From positions 224,001 to 288,000 of the forward strand of contig CAWCKY010000001.1 of the NCBI GenBank assembly GCA_963796275.1: DNA of 64,000 nucleotides, in the 5' to 3' direction. A program made the position numbers and the translations under genes. The stretch comes from an uncultured Acidobacteriota bacterium (GTDB lineage Bacteria; Acidobacteriota; Blastocatellia; RBC074). This document shows, one piece after another, positions 19,900 to 29,574 of the stretch (its first letter is position 1; every line of letters begins with the position of its first letter). The notes under the pieces are model-generated. The model searched no databases. It was not told where the DNA came from and saw nothing but the letters and a program-made list of their open reading frames with translations.

Positions 19900-20523
19900 T
19901 CAAGAATATCTCCCGTTAAGATAAAAATGCCAAAGCATCCGCGCGGCAATCGATCGATAGGGTCTCCAACTCTCACCGATCTCATCGAAGTGTTCCTGTG
20001 TCGGTTTGGTACTGAGACTTTTGAGTTTCTGCATAGCTATGAGCAGCGCTAAATCCCCTTTCGGCCAGATATCCGGACGGCGCATGGCCATCAGAAGATA
20101 GATATCCGCCGTCCAATCACCGACTCCCTTCAATTTTTTCAATTCAATGCGAACATCCTCATCCTGCAGCTTATTGAGCTTTTTGAGATCTAACTTCCGG
20201 TCGATCAAAGCCTGAGCTAACAACCTGCAATATGCCATTTTCTGGCGGCTGAAACCGATCGCCTTCAGCCTCGTATCATCAAGTGTGAGGAATCTGCCGG
20301 GAGTCACGGATGAAATAGTCGCTCGCAACCGGTTGAACGCTGATTTGGCGGAAGCCAGCGAGACCTGCTGCTCGAGAATGATGTGGACTAAGGTGGCGAA
20401 GCCCGGTCTTCGCGCCCATAAAGGCGGCAGACCTATTCTGTGCATAACTCGCGATAGATCGGGATCGCGTTCTGCAAGAGTAAGCGCGATTTGGGATAGG
20501 TTTTCTATGGTGACGATTTTCAT
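19900..20523 (-). CDS. alkA: DNA-3-methyladenine glycosylase II (HhH-GPD)
   Basis: IILEQQVS, HhH motif LKGVGDWTAD, WPKGD, WRPYRS. Probable start ATG 20523, since the upstream extension is a tandem repeat. Confidence 0.85.
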   Translation of the reverse strand: MKIVTIENLSQIALTLAERDPDLSRVMHRIGLPPLWARRPGFATLVHIILEQQVSLASAKSAFNRLRATISSVTPGRFLTLDDTRLKAIGFSRQKMAYCRLLAQALIDRKLDLKKLNKLQDEDVRIELKKLKGVGDWTADIYLLMAMRRPDIWPKGDLALLIAMQKLKSLSTKPTQEHFDEIGESWRPYRSIAARMLWHFYLNGRYS

Positions 20524-20567
20524 AGGTTCAATCGTAAACTGTGAAGTATGATTGAATGTGGTGCATT

Positions 20568-20632
20568 CGGAACATAAACGGAACATAAACGGGGCATAAC
20601 GGGGCATAAACGGGGCATAAACGGGAGATAAA
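20568..20632. repeat. 11-bp tandem repeat CGGRRCATAAA x6
   Basis: Six units read directly, one 10 bp long; in the divergent alkA/hydrolase promoter region. Confidence 0.9.
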
Positions 20633-20754
20633 AAGACATCGATGAGACATAAAGTAGCAAAAAGGGCAAAATCCTGGAATTTGTCTCGGTTTTATATTTT
20701 GCATTTTTTTCACTTTTTGTCTTTATCCTTCCCCATTTTCCTGGGAGTAATTTG

Positions 20755-21807
20755 ATGGATACGATCACGCAGGGGATTCTCGGCGCGGCTGCCTCGCAGT
20801 CGCTGTTAGCGCGGCGGTTGCCACGGGGCGCTGGTTTTATCGGTGCAGTAGGAGGGATGGCTCCCGATCTCGACATCTTTATCAGGTCGGCCGATGATCC
20901 GACGGTCGCCTGGCTCTTTCATCGCCATTTCACTCACAGCCTTATCTTCATCCCTGTCGGCGGTCTGATCGCCGCGATACCATTTCTATTCCTGAGCCGG
21001 TACAAGGATCACAAGAAGGAGGTGATACTTGCATCTATTATCGGCTATGCGACGCACGGATTGCTCGATGCCTTTACCAACTACGGGACGCAATTGTTCT
21101 GGCCCTTCTCGAATTATCGCGTCGCGTTGGACTGGATCGGAATCGTCGACCCGATCTATAGCTTGATCTTATTGATCGGGGTCATATTCACGGCGCGTAC
21201 GAAACAGATGAAACCGGTGCGCATCGCATTTCTGCTATCTAGCCTTTATCTTTGCTTCGGCGGATGGCAGCATCACCGCTCGCTTGAAACACAAAGGCAG
21301 CTGGCGGAGATGCGCGGACATCAGCTACAGCAATCGCGCGTCATGCCGGCGCCCGGCTGGTTAGTATTCTGGCGTTCCGTCTATCTGGCAGACGGCAGAC
21401 TGTACATCGATGGAATAAGAACTCCGTGGTTCAGTCCTCCCCTGATTCTGCCAGGTGGTTCGGCGGCTGCGACGACTTTTCTAGACCTGCCGGCGAACGC
21501 TCAGGCCAATGAGGAAACGAAGCGGCAGTTCCAGATTTTCAACTGGTTTGCAGATGGATTAATCGCACGCATCGGTGATGAGCCCAATGCCATCGGCGAT
21601 ATGAGAATCACGGCATCCGTGGAAAGTCTCATTCCGCTGTGGGGCTTGGAATTTGATCCTTCGTCGGGCCGTGCGCAGAGATGGAGTCCCTCTGGAAGCG
21701 TTCAACGAGATTTCGGAATTTTGGTGCGGGGTTTGTTTTTGGGGGATGTTCGTTACAGGTCATTGTCCGCCTTACCAAGGATGAATGTCGATAGACCGGC
21801 AAATTGA
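20755..21807 (+). CDS. Inner-membrane metal-dependent hydrolase (YdjM/LexA-binding family)
   Basis: MDTITQ, PDLD, HRHFTHSL, HGLLDAFTNYG, VDP motifs. Confidence 0.85.
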   Translation: MDTITQGILGAAASQSLLARRLPRGAGFIGAVGGMAPDLDIFIRSADDPTVAWLFHRHFTHSLIFIPVGGLIAAIPFLFLSRYKDHKKEVILASIIGYATHGLLDAFTNYGTQLFWPFSNYRVALDWIGIVDPIYSLILLIGVIFTARTKQMKPVRIAFLLSSLYLCFGGWQHHRSLETQRQLAEMRGHQLQQSRVMPAPGWLVFWRSVYLADGRLYIDGIRTPWFSPPLILPGGSAAATTFLDLPANAQANEETKRQFQIFNWFADGLIARIGDEPNAIGDMRITASVESLIPLWGLEFDPSSGRAQRWSPSGSVQRDFGILVRGLFLGDVRYRSLSALPRMNVDRPAN

Positions 21808-21895
21808 AACACTCACCAAATGGCGGAAAGAAAACGTCAGCGGTCTGCATTTTATACAGACGCTCTTCCTGTTTCTTTTGCCCGAGCAAGTGCGC

Positions 21896-22885
21896 CTAGT
21901 TTTCCGGTCCGCTCCAGCTGATAGCCATCATCGTCAAATCATCGGTCTTAGGAACACCCCCCTGGAACTTTCTCAGGTCTTCCAGGCATTTATCGATCAA
22001 TACGTGCGCATCACTCTGGCGACCGCTCCCCACCAGCTTTATGAGTCGCTCAACCCCATATTCATCGCCTGAGCTGTTACGCGCCTCTGAGAAACCATCG
22101 GTGTAAAGCAACAATGAGTCGCCTGGAGCCAATTGCACATTTGTGGCTGAATATTCCTGATTTATGAAAATACCGATAGGTAGCCCGGTGGATTTGATAG
22201 TTCGGACATCGCCTGCTTGCCGCCAGAGGATCGGTAAATGACCGGCATTTGAAATCTCCACTGCTCCCGCTCTGGTTGCCTTACCACATACCAGGGTCGC
22301 ATATTGCATAAGCAGCGTACTTTTACCGAGGAGGCGGTTGGCGCGCTCTACCAACTGGCAGACCGAGAGTTTCAACGAGATCAGAGTACGGAACATAGCA
22401 TGTAGTTGTGTCATAACCATTGCAGCAGCGACCCCCTTTCCCGAAACGTCGCCCAGCATGAAATAGATGCTATTGTCTTCCCCTTCCACCAGATCACAAT
22501 AATCGCCGCTGACGGGGCCGAAAGCTTCGTAGTGGAGCGCTACGCGCCAGCCGTTCAAGGTAAAATCGCGCTCCGGCAGTAATCTCGTCTGTATCTCTGC
22601 CGCCAGATGCAAATCCCGTTCGAGCGCTTCCTGCTCCAACGGCGTCAGGTGATCCAGACAGAAACGAACGAGCGGATCCGATACCAGGCGATCTTTCTCG
22701 ATCGGATCGTGACAGACTTCACATAATCCGTATGATTCATTGTTCAAACGGTCCAGCGCTGTATCCACTTCGTGCAGCAGATTTCGTAACTGAGTTGATT
22801 CACCTATATTGACGATTGCGGATTCAAGTTTCTGTTGGCGATCGATTAATTGATCGCGCAGGTTGGTCTCGATTATGGTTGCCAT
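21896..22885 (-). CDS. SpoIIE/RsbU-type PP2C phosphatase with N-terminal TraR/DksA-like zinc finger
   Basis: N-terminal ALDRL...YGLCEVC...IEKDRL..DP...FCLDH; PP2C motifs SGDY, GDVSGKG, NAGH, YTDG, DDLT. Confidence 0.85.
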   Translation of the reverse strand: MATIIETNLRDQLIDRQQKLESAIVNIGESTQLRNLLHEVDTALDRLNNESYGLCEVCHDPIEKDRLVSDPLVRFCLDHLTPLEQEALERDLHLAAEIQTRLLPERDFTLNGWRVALHYEAFGPVSGDYCDLVEGEDNSIYFMLGDVSGKGVAAAMVMTQLHAMFRTLISLKLSVCQLVERANRLLGKSTLLMQYATLVCGKATRAGAVEISNAGHLPILWRQAGDVRTIKSTGLPIGIFINQEYSATNVQLAPGDSLLLYTDGFSEARNSSGDEYGVERLIKLVGSGRQSDAHVLIDKCLEDLRKFQGGVPKTDDLTMMAISWSGPEN

Positions 22886-23032
22886 TTTCCCCTCCATCAC
22901 ACCTCTACATTGTGCAGATATAAACGTGATTAACACAAGCGATGTTTCGGGGAAGATTCACTGCAAAAAACACAAAAAGAGTAAAATCACGGAGGAGCGT
23001 GGTTTGTAGATAAGCTTCTTTTCTGAGAGATT

Positions 23033-24556
23033 TTAGTGCCGCCTCTTCCAGTCAAACCATTTCTTCAATAATTTCAGCCACGGTTGGAGTTGCGTCTGAC
23101 TGTAAGCATCGCCGATCTTGTGAAGCGCTTCAGCTTGAGTCGGGTATGGGTGGATCGTTTTCGCTAACGCTCCCAACTTCAATCCGGATGTGATCGCCAA
23201 AGTGAGTTCGCTGATCATCTCGCCGGCGTGCCGGGCGACGATGGTTCCGCCCAGGATTTTTCCCGTCCTGCGTTCGTAATGTACCCTTGCGAAACCATGG
23301 TCCTCGCCATCCAAAATCGCGCGATCGAGATCGTTGAAATACTCGGTGATTGTTGCAACATCCAAGCCTGCCTCTCGGGCGTCGGCTTCGTAATAACCGG
23401 TATGCGCTACTTCGGGATCTGTAAAAGTGACCCAGGGCATTACCGCAACTTTGCTGTGCCCGTAAAAGAGAGAGTTGCGCAGGGCTGTGCGCGCCATCGC
23501 GTCCGCCGCGTGAGTGAATTTCTGCCTGGAACATATGTCGCCCGCCGCATAAATTCGCCGATTCGATGTTCGCAGGTGATCATCGACGATCACGCCGTCG
23601 CGCGAAAAGTTCACGCCCGCGGCCTGCAGGTTCATGTCTTCGATGTTTGGCACTCGTCCTGCAGCCAGGAGGATCGCCTGACAGATGACCTCGGATTTCA
23701 AGCCATCGCGCGAGAATACTATCGCTCTGTCCTTGCCTCTGGTTTCAACGCGCAGTATTTCAGCCCGATTGATGATCGTCATACCTTCGCGTTCGAACTG
23801 CCGGTGGACGATAGCGGAAGCGTCCTGATCTTCACGAGGCAGGATCTGGCCGGCATCGTTGATGATCGTGATTGCGCATCCGAATCGAAGAAATGCCTGT
23901 CCCAATTCGCAGCCCGTCGCCCCTCCTCCGATAACAACCATATGAGCCGGCAGGGCGGTCAATTTAAAGATGGTTTCATTCGTGTAGAAGCCTGCCTCTT
24001 GCAAACCCGGTATCGGTGGATTCGCCGGACGGCTTCCCGTCGCAATCACTGCCCGATCGAATTCCAATCGTTTATCATCAACCTCGATTACGTTTGTACT
24101 GACGAACTTCGCAGCGCCAAGATAGACATCGACATTGTATTTGGTGCTGAAACGTTGGACCGCGTCGGCCAGGCTGATGCGGGCGCGCAACCGCCGCATT
24201 CTCTCCATGGCTGCCGCAAAGTCGATCTGTGGTTCGGAACTAAAACGAACACCGAACTCATTCGCGATGCGCAGGTCGTAGACGGCGCGGGCCGCACGAA
24301 TCAGCGCTTTGGAAGGAACACAGCCGGTAGTCAAACAATCGCCTCCGGTCAGCGCCCGCTCAATAAGAGCGCTCTTCGCTCCCAGGCTGCCGGCGCCGCC
24401 CGCGCTCACCAACCCGGCAGCGCCTGCGCCGATAGCGACCAGGTTATATCTCCCTGCGGGAACCGGATTTGAGTAGTCGGGCGGATGGCAATTGGCGATA
24501 ACCTGCTGGTCGTGCGGATCGCTTGGCGTCAGAATTTGTTCGATCTTCATTTTCAT
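23033..24556 (-). CDS. Pyridine nucleotide-disulfide oxidoreductase (MerA/LpdA-like, no C-terminal CysCys)
   Basis: GAGAAG, GGDCLTTGCVPSK redox disulfide, IATGS, GGGATG, YAAGD, HPYPT. Confidence 0.85.
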   Translation of the reverse strand: MKMKIEQILTPSDPHDQQVIANCHPPDYSNPVPAGRYNLVAIGAGAAGLVSAGGAGSLGAKSALIERALTGGDCLTTGCVPSKALIRAARAVYDLRIANEFGVRFSSEPQIDFAAAMERMRRLRARISLADAVQRFSTKYNVDVYLGAAKFVSTNVIEVDDKRLEFDRAVIATGSRPANPPIPGLQEAGFYTNETIFKLTALPAHMVVIGGGATGCELGQAFLRFGCAITIINDAGQILPREDQDASAIVHRQFEREGMTIINRAEILRVETRGKDRAIVFSRDGLKSEVICQAILLAAGRVPNIEDMNLQAAGVNFSRDGVIVDDHLRTSNRRIYAAGDICSRQKFTHAADAMARTALRNSLFYGHSKVAVMPWVTFTDPEVAHTGYYEADAREAGLDVATITEYFNDLDRAILDGEDHGFARVHYERRTGKILGGTIVARHAGEMISELTLAITSGLKLGALAKTIHPYPTQAEALHKIGDAYSQTQLQPWLKLLKKWFDWKRRH

Positions 24557-24893
24557 AGAAGCACATTAGGGAAGCCAAAAGTCAAAAATGCAGTATGCGG
24601 AGCGTAAGCCGTGGGCGTCAGCTTAGCGATCGTCTTTTTGCTTTTGATGGCGGCTCTTGTGCTGCCCTTAACTTTATCTATTCGAGTTATATTCGAGACT
24701 CAGCATAGAGATCGTCGGCCGTAAACGGTGCCAACCGGCGCTCCAACCCATTACGGAAGCGACCGATCCGTTGCCTCCTGAATTATATCCACATTCTCCG
24801 GTTGAGCGTGGCCGAGCAGAACACGGCGAGACTGGAAGAAAGAACCATATCTGCGTCATGATTGGTTTCGGGTGAGACGCGGTCTCATCAATC

Positions 24894-26108
24894 ATGGGAT
24901 TCAATCAGACAAAAAGCGTAGGGCGAAAGTTTAACGGTTATCTATTCGCAGCCGGTGGTATCGCCCTCGCGACTGCGGTTCTCGCGCCATTTCACGACAG
25001 GCTAAGTTCTACAACCGTGGCGTTGGCTTTGTTGCTGATTGTGCTATTTTCGGCGACCGGATGGGGCATTCGTCCCGCCATGGCCGCTTCACTGCTTGGC
25101 GTTCTCTGCTTTAACTTCTTCTTCCTCCCGCCGCTTCATACTTTGACGATTGTCAATCCGCATAACTGGGTAGCGCTCGCCGCATTCCTCATTACGGCGA
25201 TTACGGCCGGGGGGCTCTCGGCTCGTGCGAACAGGCGTGCCGAAGAGGCTGAGGCGCGCAGACGAGAAATCGAACGTCTTTATCATGAATACCAAAATGC
25301 CGTTGACCGCGCGAAACAGGCGGAAGTTCTCGAACAAAGCGAAAGGCTGAAATCAGCATTACTCGATGCTGTCACGCATGATCTGCGGACACCGCTCACT
25401 TCGATCAAGGCTTCCGTCACGACGTTGCTCGCCGAGGTCGAGGGCGACCAACCCGTTGCGCTCGATCGGGAGGCGCGGCATGAATTTTTGGTGGTAATCA
25501 ATGAAGAGACCGACCGGCTCAACCGTTTTGTCGAAAACCTGGTCGAGCTGGCGAGCATCGAGGCGGGGGCAATGCACTTGCGGCGGCGGTGGTTTTCGGT
25601 CGAAGACCTTATCGCTATGGCACGCGAACGTGCGGCTTCCTTAACGACTGAACATCGCCTCATCATCGACATCGAACGCGAGATGCCGGTTGCCCGCCTC
25701 GATGCCGCGCTGATCGCTGAGGTTCTTTACTCACTCATCGACAATGCCACGAAGTATTCGCCTGCCGGGACGCCAGTCCGCATCACCGCTGAACGCGCCC
25801 AGAACGAGATGATACAATTCGTCATTGAAGATGAAGGCCGCGGCATACCTCCGGAACTGCGAGAGCGCGTTTTCGATAAATTTTTTCGCGCGACGAACGA
25901 AGGCGCCGCGAGCCTGGGAAGGCCGAAGGGGCTCGGGATGGGATTGGCTATCGCGCGTGGTATCGTTGAAGCGCACGGTGGCCGCATCTGGATCGAGAGC
26001 GGCGGGAATAGAAAGGGAACGCGCATCACATTCCTCGTCCCGATCGGGGACGAGGAACCCGATCAATCGAACGAACCCCATCCTTTCTTTTCTGGTACGA
26101 CGAAATGA
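24894..26108 (+). CDS. kdpD: KdpD-like sensor histidine kinase, C-terminal part only (DUF4118 4-TM + HisKA + HATPase)
   Basis: FNFFFLPP membrane motif, SERLKSALLDAVTHDLRTPLTSI, DNATKY, DEGRGI, GLGMGLAI. No N-terminal KdpD or Usp domains. Confidence 0.8.
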   Translation: MGFNQTKSVGRKFNGYLFAAGGIALATAVLAPFHDRLSSTTVALALLLIVLFSATGWGIRPAMAASLLGVLCFNFFFLPPLHTLTIVNPHNWVALAAFLITAITAGGLSARANRRAEEAEARRREIERLYHEYQNAVDRAKQAEVLEQSERLKSALLDAVTHDLRTPLTSIKASVTTLLAEVEGDQPVALDREARHEFLVVINEETDRLNRFVENLVELASIEAGAMHLRRRWFSVEDLIAMARERAASLTTEHRLIIDIEREMPVARLDAALIAEVLYSLIDNATKYSPAGTPVRITAERAQNEMIQFVIEDEGRGIPPELRERVFDKFFRATNEGAASLGRPKGLGMGLAIARGIVEAHGGRIWIESGGNRKGTRITFLVPIGDEEPDQSNEPHPFFSGTTK

Positions 26109-26800
26109 CTGAACCTTATCGCATACTGGTCGTGGATGATGAACTACAGATTGGCCGCGTTTTGCGGCGCAGCCTCTCTGCTCGAGGGTACGAAGTACAG
26201 GTAGCCGGAAATGGCGAGGAGGGGCTGGATGTATTCAAAAGTTGGACGCCGGACCTGGTCATCACCGATCTTTCCATGCCGAATATGGGTGGGATCGAGC
26301 TTTGCCGGCGTCTACGCGCCGTCTCGCAAGTACCGATCATAGTGATTTCAGTAAAGGGAGAAGAGCGCGTTAAAGTCGAGGCGTTGGATGTCGGGGCGGA
26401 CGATTACATCACCAAGCCTTTCGGCATCGATGAGCTGCTTGCCCGCGTACGAGCCGCGCTGCGCCGCATTCCGGTCAAGACCGGGACTCAAGGCAGGACA
26501 GTTCACGCCGGAGATTTTCATCTCGATACCGAGGCCCGCACGATCAAAGTCCGCGGTGTGGATGTGCATCTAACGCCGAAAGAATACGACCTGCTGGTTT
26601 TCCTGATTCAGCATCCGAATAAAGTCCTGACACATAGAGTTCTGCTCGGCGCAATCTGGGGCGGCGATTATGTCGAACAGACTGAGTACCTGCGCGTGTT
26701 TATTGGTCAACTGCGCAAGAAGATAGAAGCGGATCTATCGAAACCTCGCTACATCCTCACCGAACCCTGGGTGGGATATCGCTTCGATCCGGGGGCATAG
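26105..26800 (+). CDS. kdpE: KdpE-family response regulator
   Basis: VVDDE, GADDYITKPF, VHLTPKEY, KVLTHR, YLRVFIGQLRKKIE, PRYILTEPWVGYRF; ATGA overlap with the kinase. Confidence 0.88.
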   Translation: MTEPYRILVVDDELQIGRVLRRSLSARGYEVQVAGNGEEGLDVFKSWTPDLVITDLSMPNMGGIELCRRLRAVSQVPIIVISVKGEERVKVEALDVGADDYITKPFGIDELLARVRAALRRIPVKTGTQGRTVHAGDFHLDTEARTIKVRGVDVHLTPKEYDLLVFLIQHPNKVLTHRVLLGAIWGGDYVEQTEYLRVFIGQLRKKIEADLSKPRYILTEPWVGYRFDPGA

Positions 26801-26826
26801 GGTATCTGGCATGTTGGCATAAAAGA

Positions 26827-26864
26827 TTTACGAATTTTTTATGCGCCATTTACGCCATTTTTAT
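26827..26864 (+). promoter_or_regulatory. Putative KdpE-binding site: four TTTAY half-sites at exact 11-bp spacing
   Basis: TTTA at 26827, 26838, 26849 and 26860; same TTTA-N7-TTTA geometry as the E. coli kdpFABC operator. Confidence 0.65.
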
Positions 26865-26923
26865 AACTCATGTCATAACATCATCGTTCGATAAATCGAA
26901 CGCGGAGTTCAAACGGCGAGGAT

Positions 26924-28393
26924 GTGGACGCTGTTTCTTTGACGGCATACGCATTGCATACGCAAAAATACCATATGCAAGAGATTGACCTATTTTTTGT
27001 TATTCCTACCTACCGTCTACGTGAAGTAGGAGAAACGGTGGAAGAATATGACGAACACTTCTGGTGTAACGGATATTCGGTACGAATGATCGTCTTCGAT
27101 GATTCCAGTCCGGCAAACCAGCATAAATATTATTCGCTTCTAGAACAGACCAGAACGCACAATGACCTCTTTTATGTGGGCCCGCAGGAAAAAGATCAAT
27201 TCATCGCATACATAAATGGGCGCTTGCGAGACAAACGGCTGGAAGGGCTGGTCAAAAACTTGTTTCGGCCCAGTTATGGTGGGAACCGCAACTATACGCT
27301 CATGTATACTCTCGGCGGCCTGATGGTCAGTTCCGATGATGATATGCGTCCTTATGCATTGATGGAATACAGCCCTGAATCTCTTAACCCAAATGAAGTT
27401 TGCCGCGGACGATTACACAAAGTTGGTGAAAACAGTTACAACCGCAAGTCATTTGACATAATTGCATCCTTTCTGGACGTACTGGGGAAGCGCGTCAGCC
27501 AGACGCCGGACAACTATGAGCGCGGCGAATCGCTGATGGACACGGCAATGCATTTGGAGACCAACTCCACCATGGGGCTGGCGCAGGAGAATTCGCTTCT
27601 GTTGAAGCGCGGGCCGATCTCTGAGGATGCAGTGGTGAAGATAGCTCAGACGTTTCGCTCGGGGACCAACGATATCGACGCCATCGATTTCGTAGAGATG
27701 TTCCTCGACGACGAGCAGCAGACAAACCCTGACGATCTCAACAATCTTTATGTACTGGTAAATTTTCGTCCGGTAGTGACCAAGAAGAATTGGCGTATGG
27801 ACTGCGGCATAGCGGGTTACGACAACACCTTCGGGTTACCGCCGTTCTTTCCCACGCGGCTGCGCTTCGAGGACTATATCTATCGACTCTGGGTACAACA
27901 GGAAGGCATAGCGGCGTCTCATATCGATGCCGCGCAGAATCACATCAGAAGCAACTATATGCGTAACCCGCCCACGTCCGAGATTTTCAATGAGGAGGTA
28001 TCCAACCTGCTCAAGCGGAAGATCAAGGATTCGCTATCGCGCATCGACGAACTGAGCATTGCGTTCGACTACGATGGCGAGGTGAAGGCGCAGGATGCGC
28101 AGGAGATACTTGATAAGATCGGAAGACTGTATGGAAGAGCCGCTGAGACGGCTGCCAAGACGCCCAATCTAGAGCGGGCCGATGCACTGCGCCGGTTCGC
28201 AGCCAACCTGCAGAAATCGTTCTATGGGTTCGAACCGGATTTTTTTCAGCAGAACCTGCTGCGGATCGCGGATGACGTCATCAGCGTCATCAAGGGATCG
28301 ATCGAACTATGGCCGAGCCTGGTAGAGATCTGCTACTTCCAGAAAGGGCGCAAAGGGCTGCCGCAGGTGCGAGTGAAGAATCAGAAGAAGTGA
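26924..28393 (+). CDS. Uncharacterised GT-A-fold glycosyltransferase-like protein
   Basis: VIPT, IVFDDS, SYGGNRN, SSDDD (DxD-like), RFED and a late His, the usual GT-A motif order. Alternative start ATG 26975. Confidence 0.6.
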   Translation: MDAVSLTAYALHTQKYHMQEIDLFFVIPTYRLREVGETVEEYDEHFWCNGYSVRMIVFDDSSPANQHKYYSLLEQTRTHNDLFYVGPQEKDQFIAYINGRLRDKRLEGLVKNLFRPSYGGNRNYTLMYTLGGLMVSSDDDMRPYALMEYSPESLNPNEVCRGRLHKVGENSYNRKSFDIIASFLDVLGKRVSQTPDNYERGESLMDTAMHLETNSTMGLAQENSLLLKRGPISEDAVVKIAQTFRSGTNDIDAIDFVEMFLDDEQQTNPDDLNNLYVLVNFRPVVTKKNWRMDCGIAGYDNTFGLPPFFPTRLRFEDYIYRLWVQQEGIAASHIDAAQNHIRSNYMRNPPTSEIFNEEVSNLLKRKIKDSLSRIDELSIAFDYDGEVKAQDAQEILDKIGRLYGRAAETAAKTPNLERADALRRFAANLQKSFYGFEPDFFQQNLLRIADDVISVIKGSIELWPSLVEICYFQKGRKGLPQVRVKNQKK

Positions 28394-28400
28394 GCCCCCG

Positions 28401-29472
28401 ATGAGAATTGCGCAAGTCGCTCCTTTATTCGAGAGTGTTCCCCCGATGCTTTATGGGGGAACTGAGAGAATCGTATCTTACCTGACAGAAGAGCTCGTGC
28501 GGTTGGGTCACGAAGTGACTCTGTTCGCCAGCGGCGACTCGGAGACGAACGCGAAGCTGGTGGCAGCATGCCCGGCGGGCGTTATGGCGTGATACCGATT
28601 GCAGAGAGTCATTGCCCCATCACGTCCGCCTGATGGAGTTGGTTTTCCAGGACATCTCACGCTTCGACGCCATCCATTTCCATTGCGACTATCTGCACTA
28701 TCCGATGCTTCGGCGACATCCGTGCCCGAATGTGACAACTCTGCACGGGCAGTTGCACCTTCCCGATATAAAACCTTTGTTTGCGGAATATCCTCAACTG
28801 CCGCATGTCTCCATCTCCAATCATCAGCGCCGTCCGATCCCGGATGCTAATTGGAAGGCTACTGTCTATCACGGGCTTCCCCTCGACCTATATAGCTACC
28901 GGGAAAAATCCGGCAATTACCTGGCCTTTCTCGGTCGCTTTTCTCCCGAGAAGCGGGTAGACCGGGCAATCGAGGTCGCTCGGCGTACCGGGATGAAATT
29001 GAAGATTGCCGCCAAGATCTATCCGGAAGAGCGCAGTTATTTCCAGGATGCCATTAAACCGTTGTTGCGGGATTCCCAGTCATGGGTTGAGTTCATCGGC
29101 GAGGTCGGTGATCAAGAAAAGTATGAGTTTTTGAGTAACGCTCTTGCGCTGCTCTTCCCGATTGACTGGCCTGAGCCGTTTGGGCTGGTGATGATCGAAG
29201 CCATGGCGTGCGGAACTCCGGTCGTCGGATGGCGCAAGGGTGCTGTGCCCGAAGTTATCACGGACGGTGTTACAGGCTTCGTGGTAGACAGCATCGAGGA
29301 AGCTGTGCGGGCAGTCGAGCGAGTTCCAGGCCTGAGCCGCAGAGCATGCCGCCAGGTGTTTGAGGAACGCTTCGATGCCGTGCGTATGGCCCAGGAATAC
29401 GTCGAGGTTTACCGGAGGCTGGAACCGGCCGGACTGAAACCGGCGATGCTTTTTAACGCCTCCACGGGATAA
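28401..29472 (+). CDS. Glycosyltransferase family 4, frameshift near 28575
   Basis: MRIAQVAP...VPP..YGGTER, GHEVTLFASGDS, LGRFSPEK, WPEPFGLVMIEAMACGTPV; one extra G joins two ORFs. Confidence 0.88.
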
Positions 29473-29574
29473 TCTATTTAATTCCGCTTTCCGATCCCGC
29501 CATAGATAGGAGGCCGGCATCCAGGGGGACGGTATATTTATAGATTATTCAAGCTCGCAAAGAAGCTCGCTTTT

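Noticed and set aside
23228-24472. Long antisense ORFs (also 42457..43473, 35112..35972, 40421..41173, 4605..5375, 52776..53507)
   Set aside because: Shadows of well-supported genes on the opposite strand, expected from codon bias; no recognisable motifs.
23033-24556. Mercury resistance operon (merA)
   Set aside because: No C-terminal CysCys or NmerA domain, and no merR/T/P.
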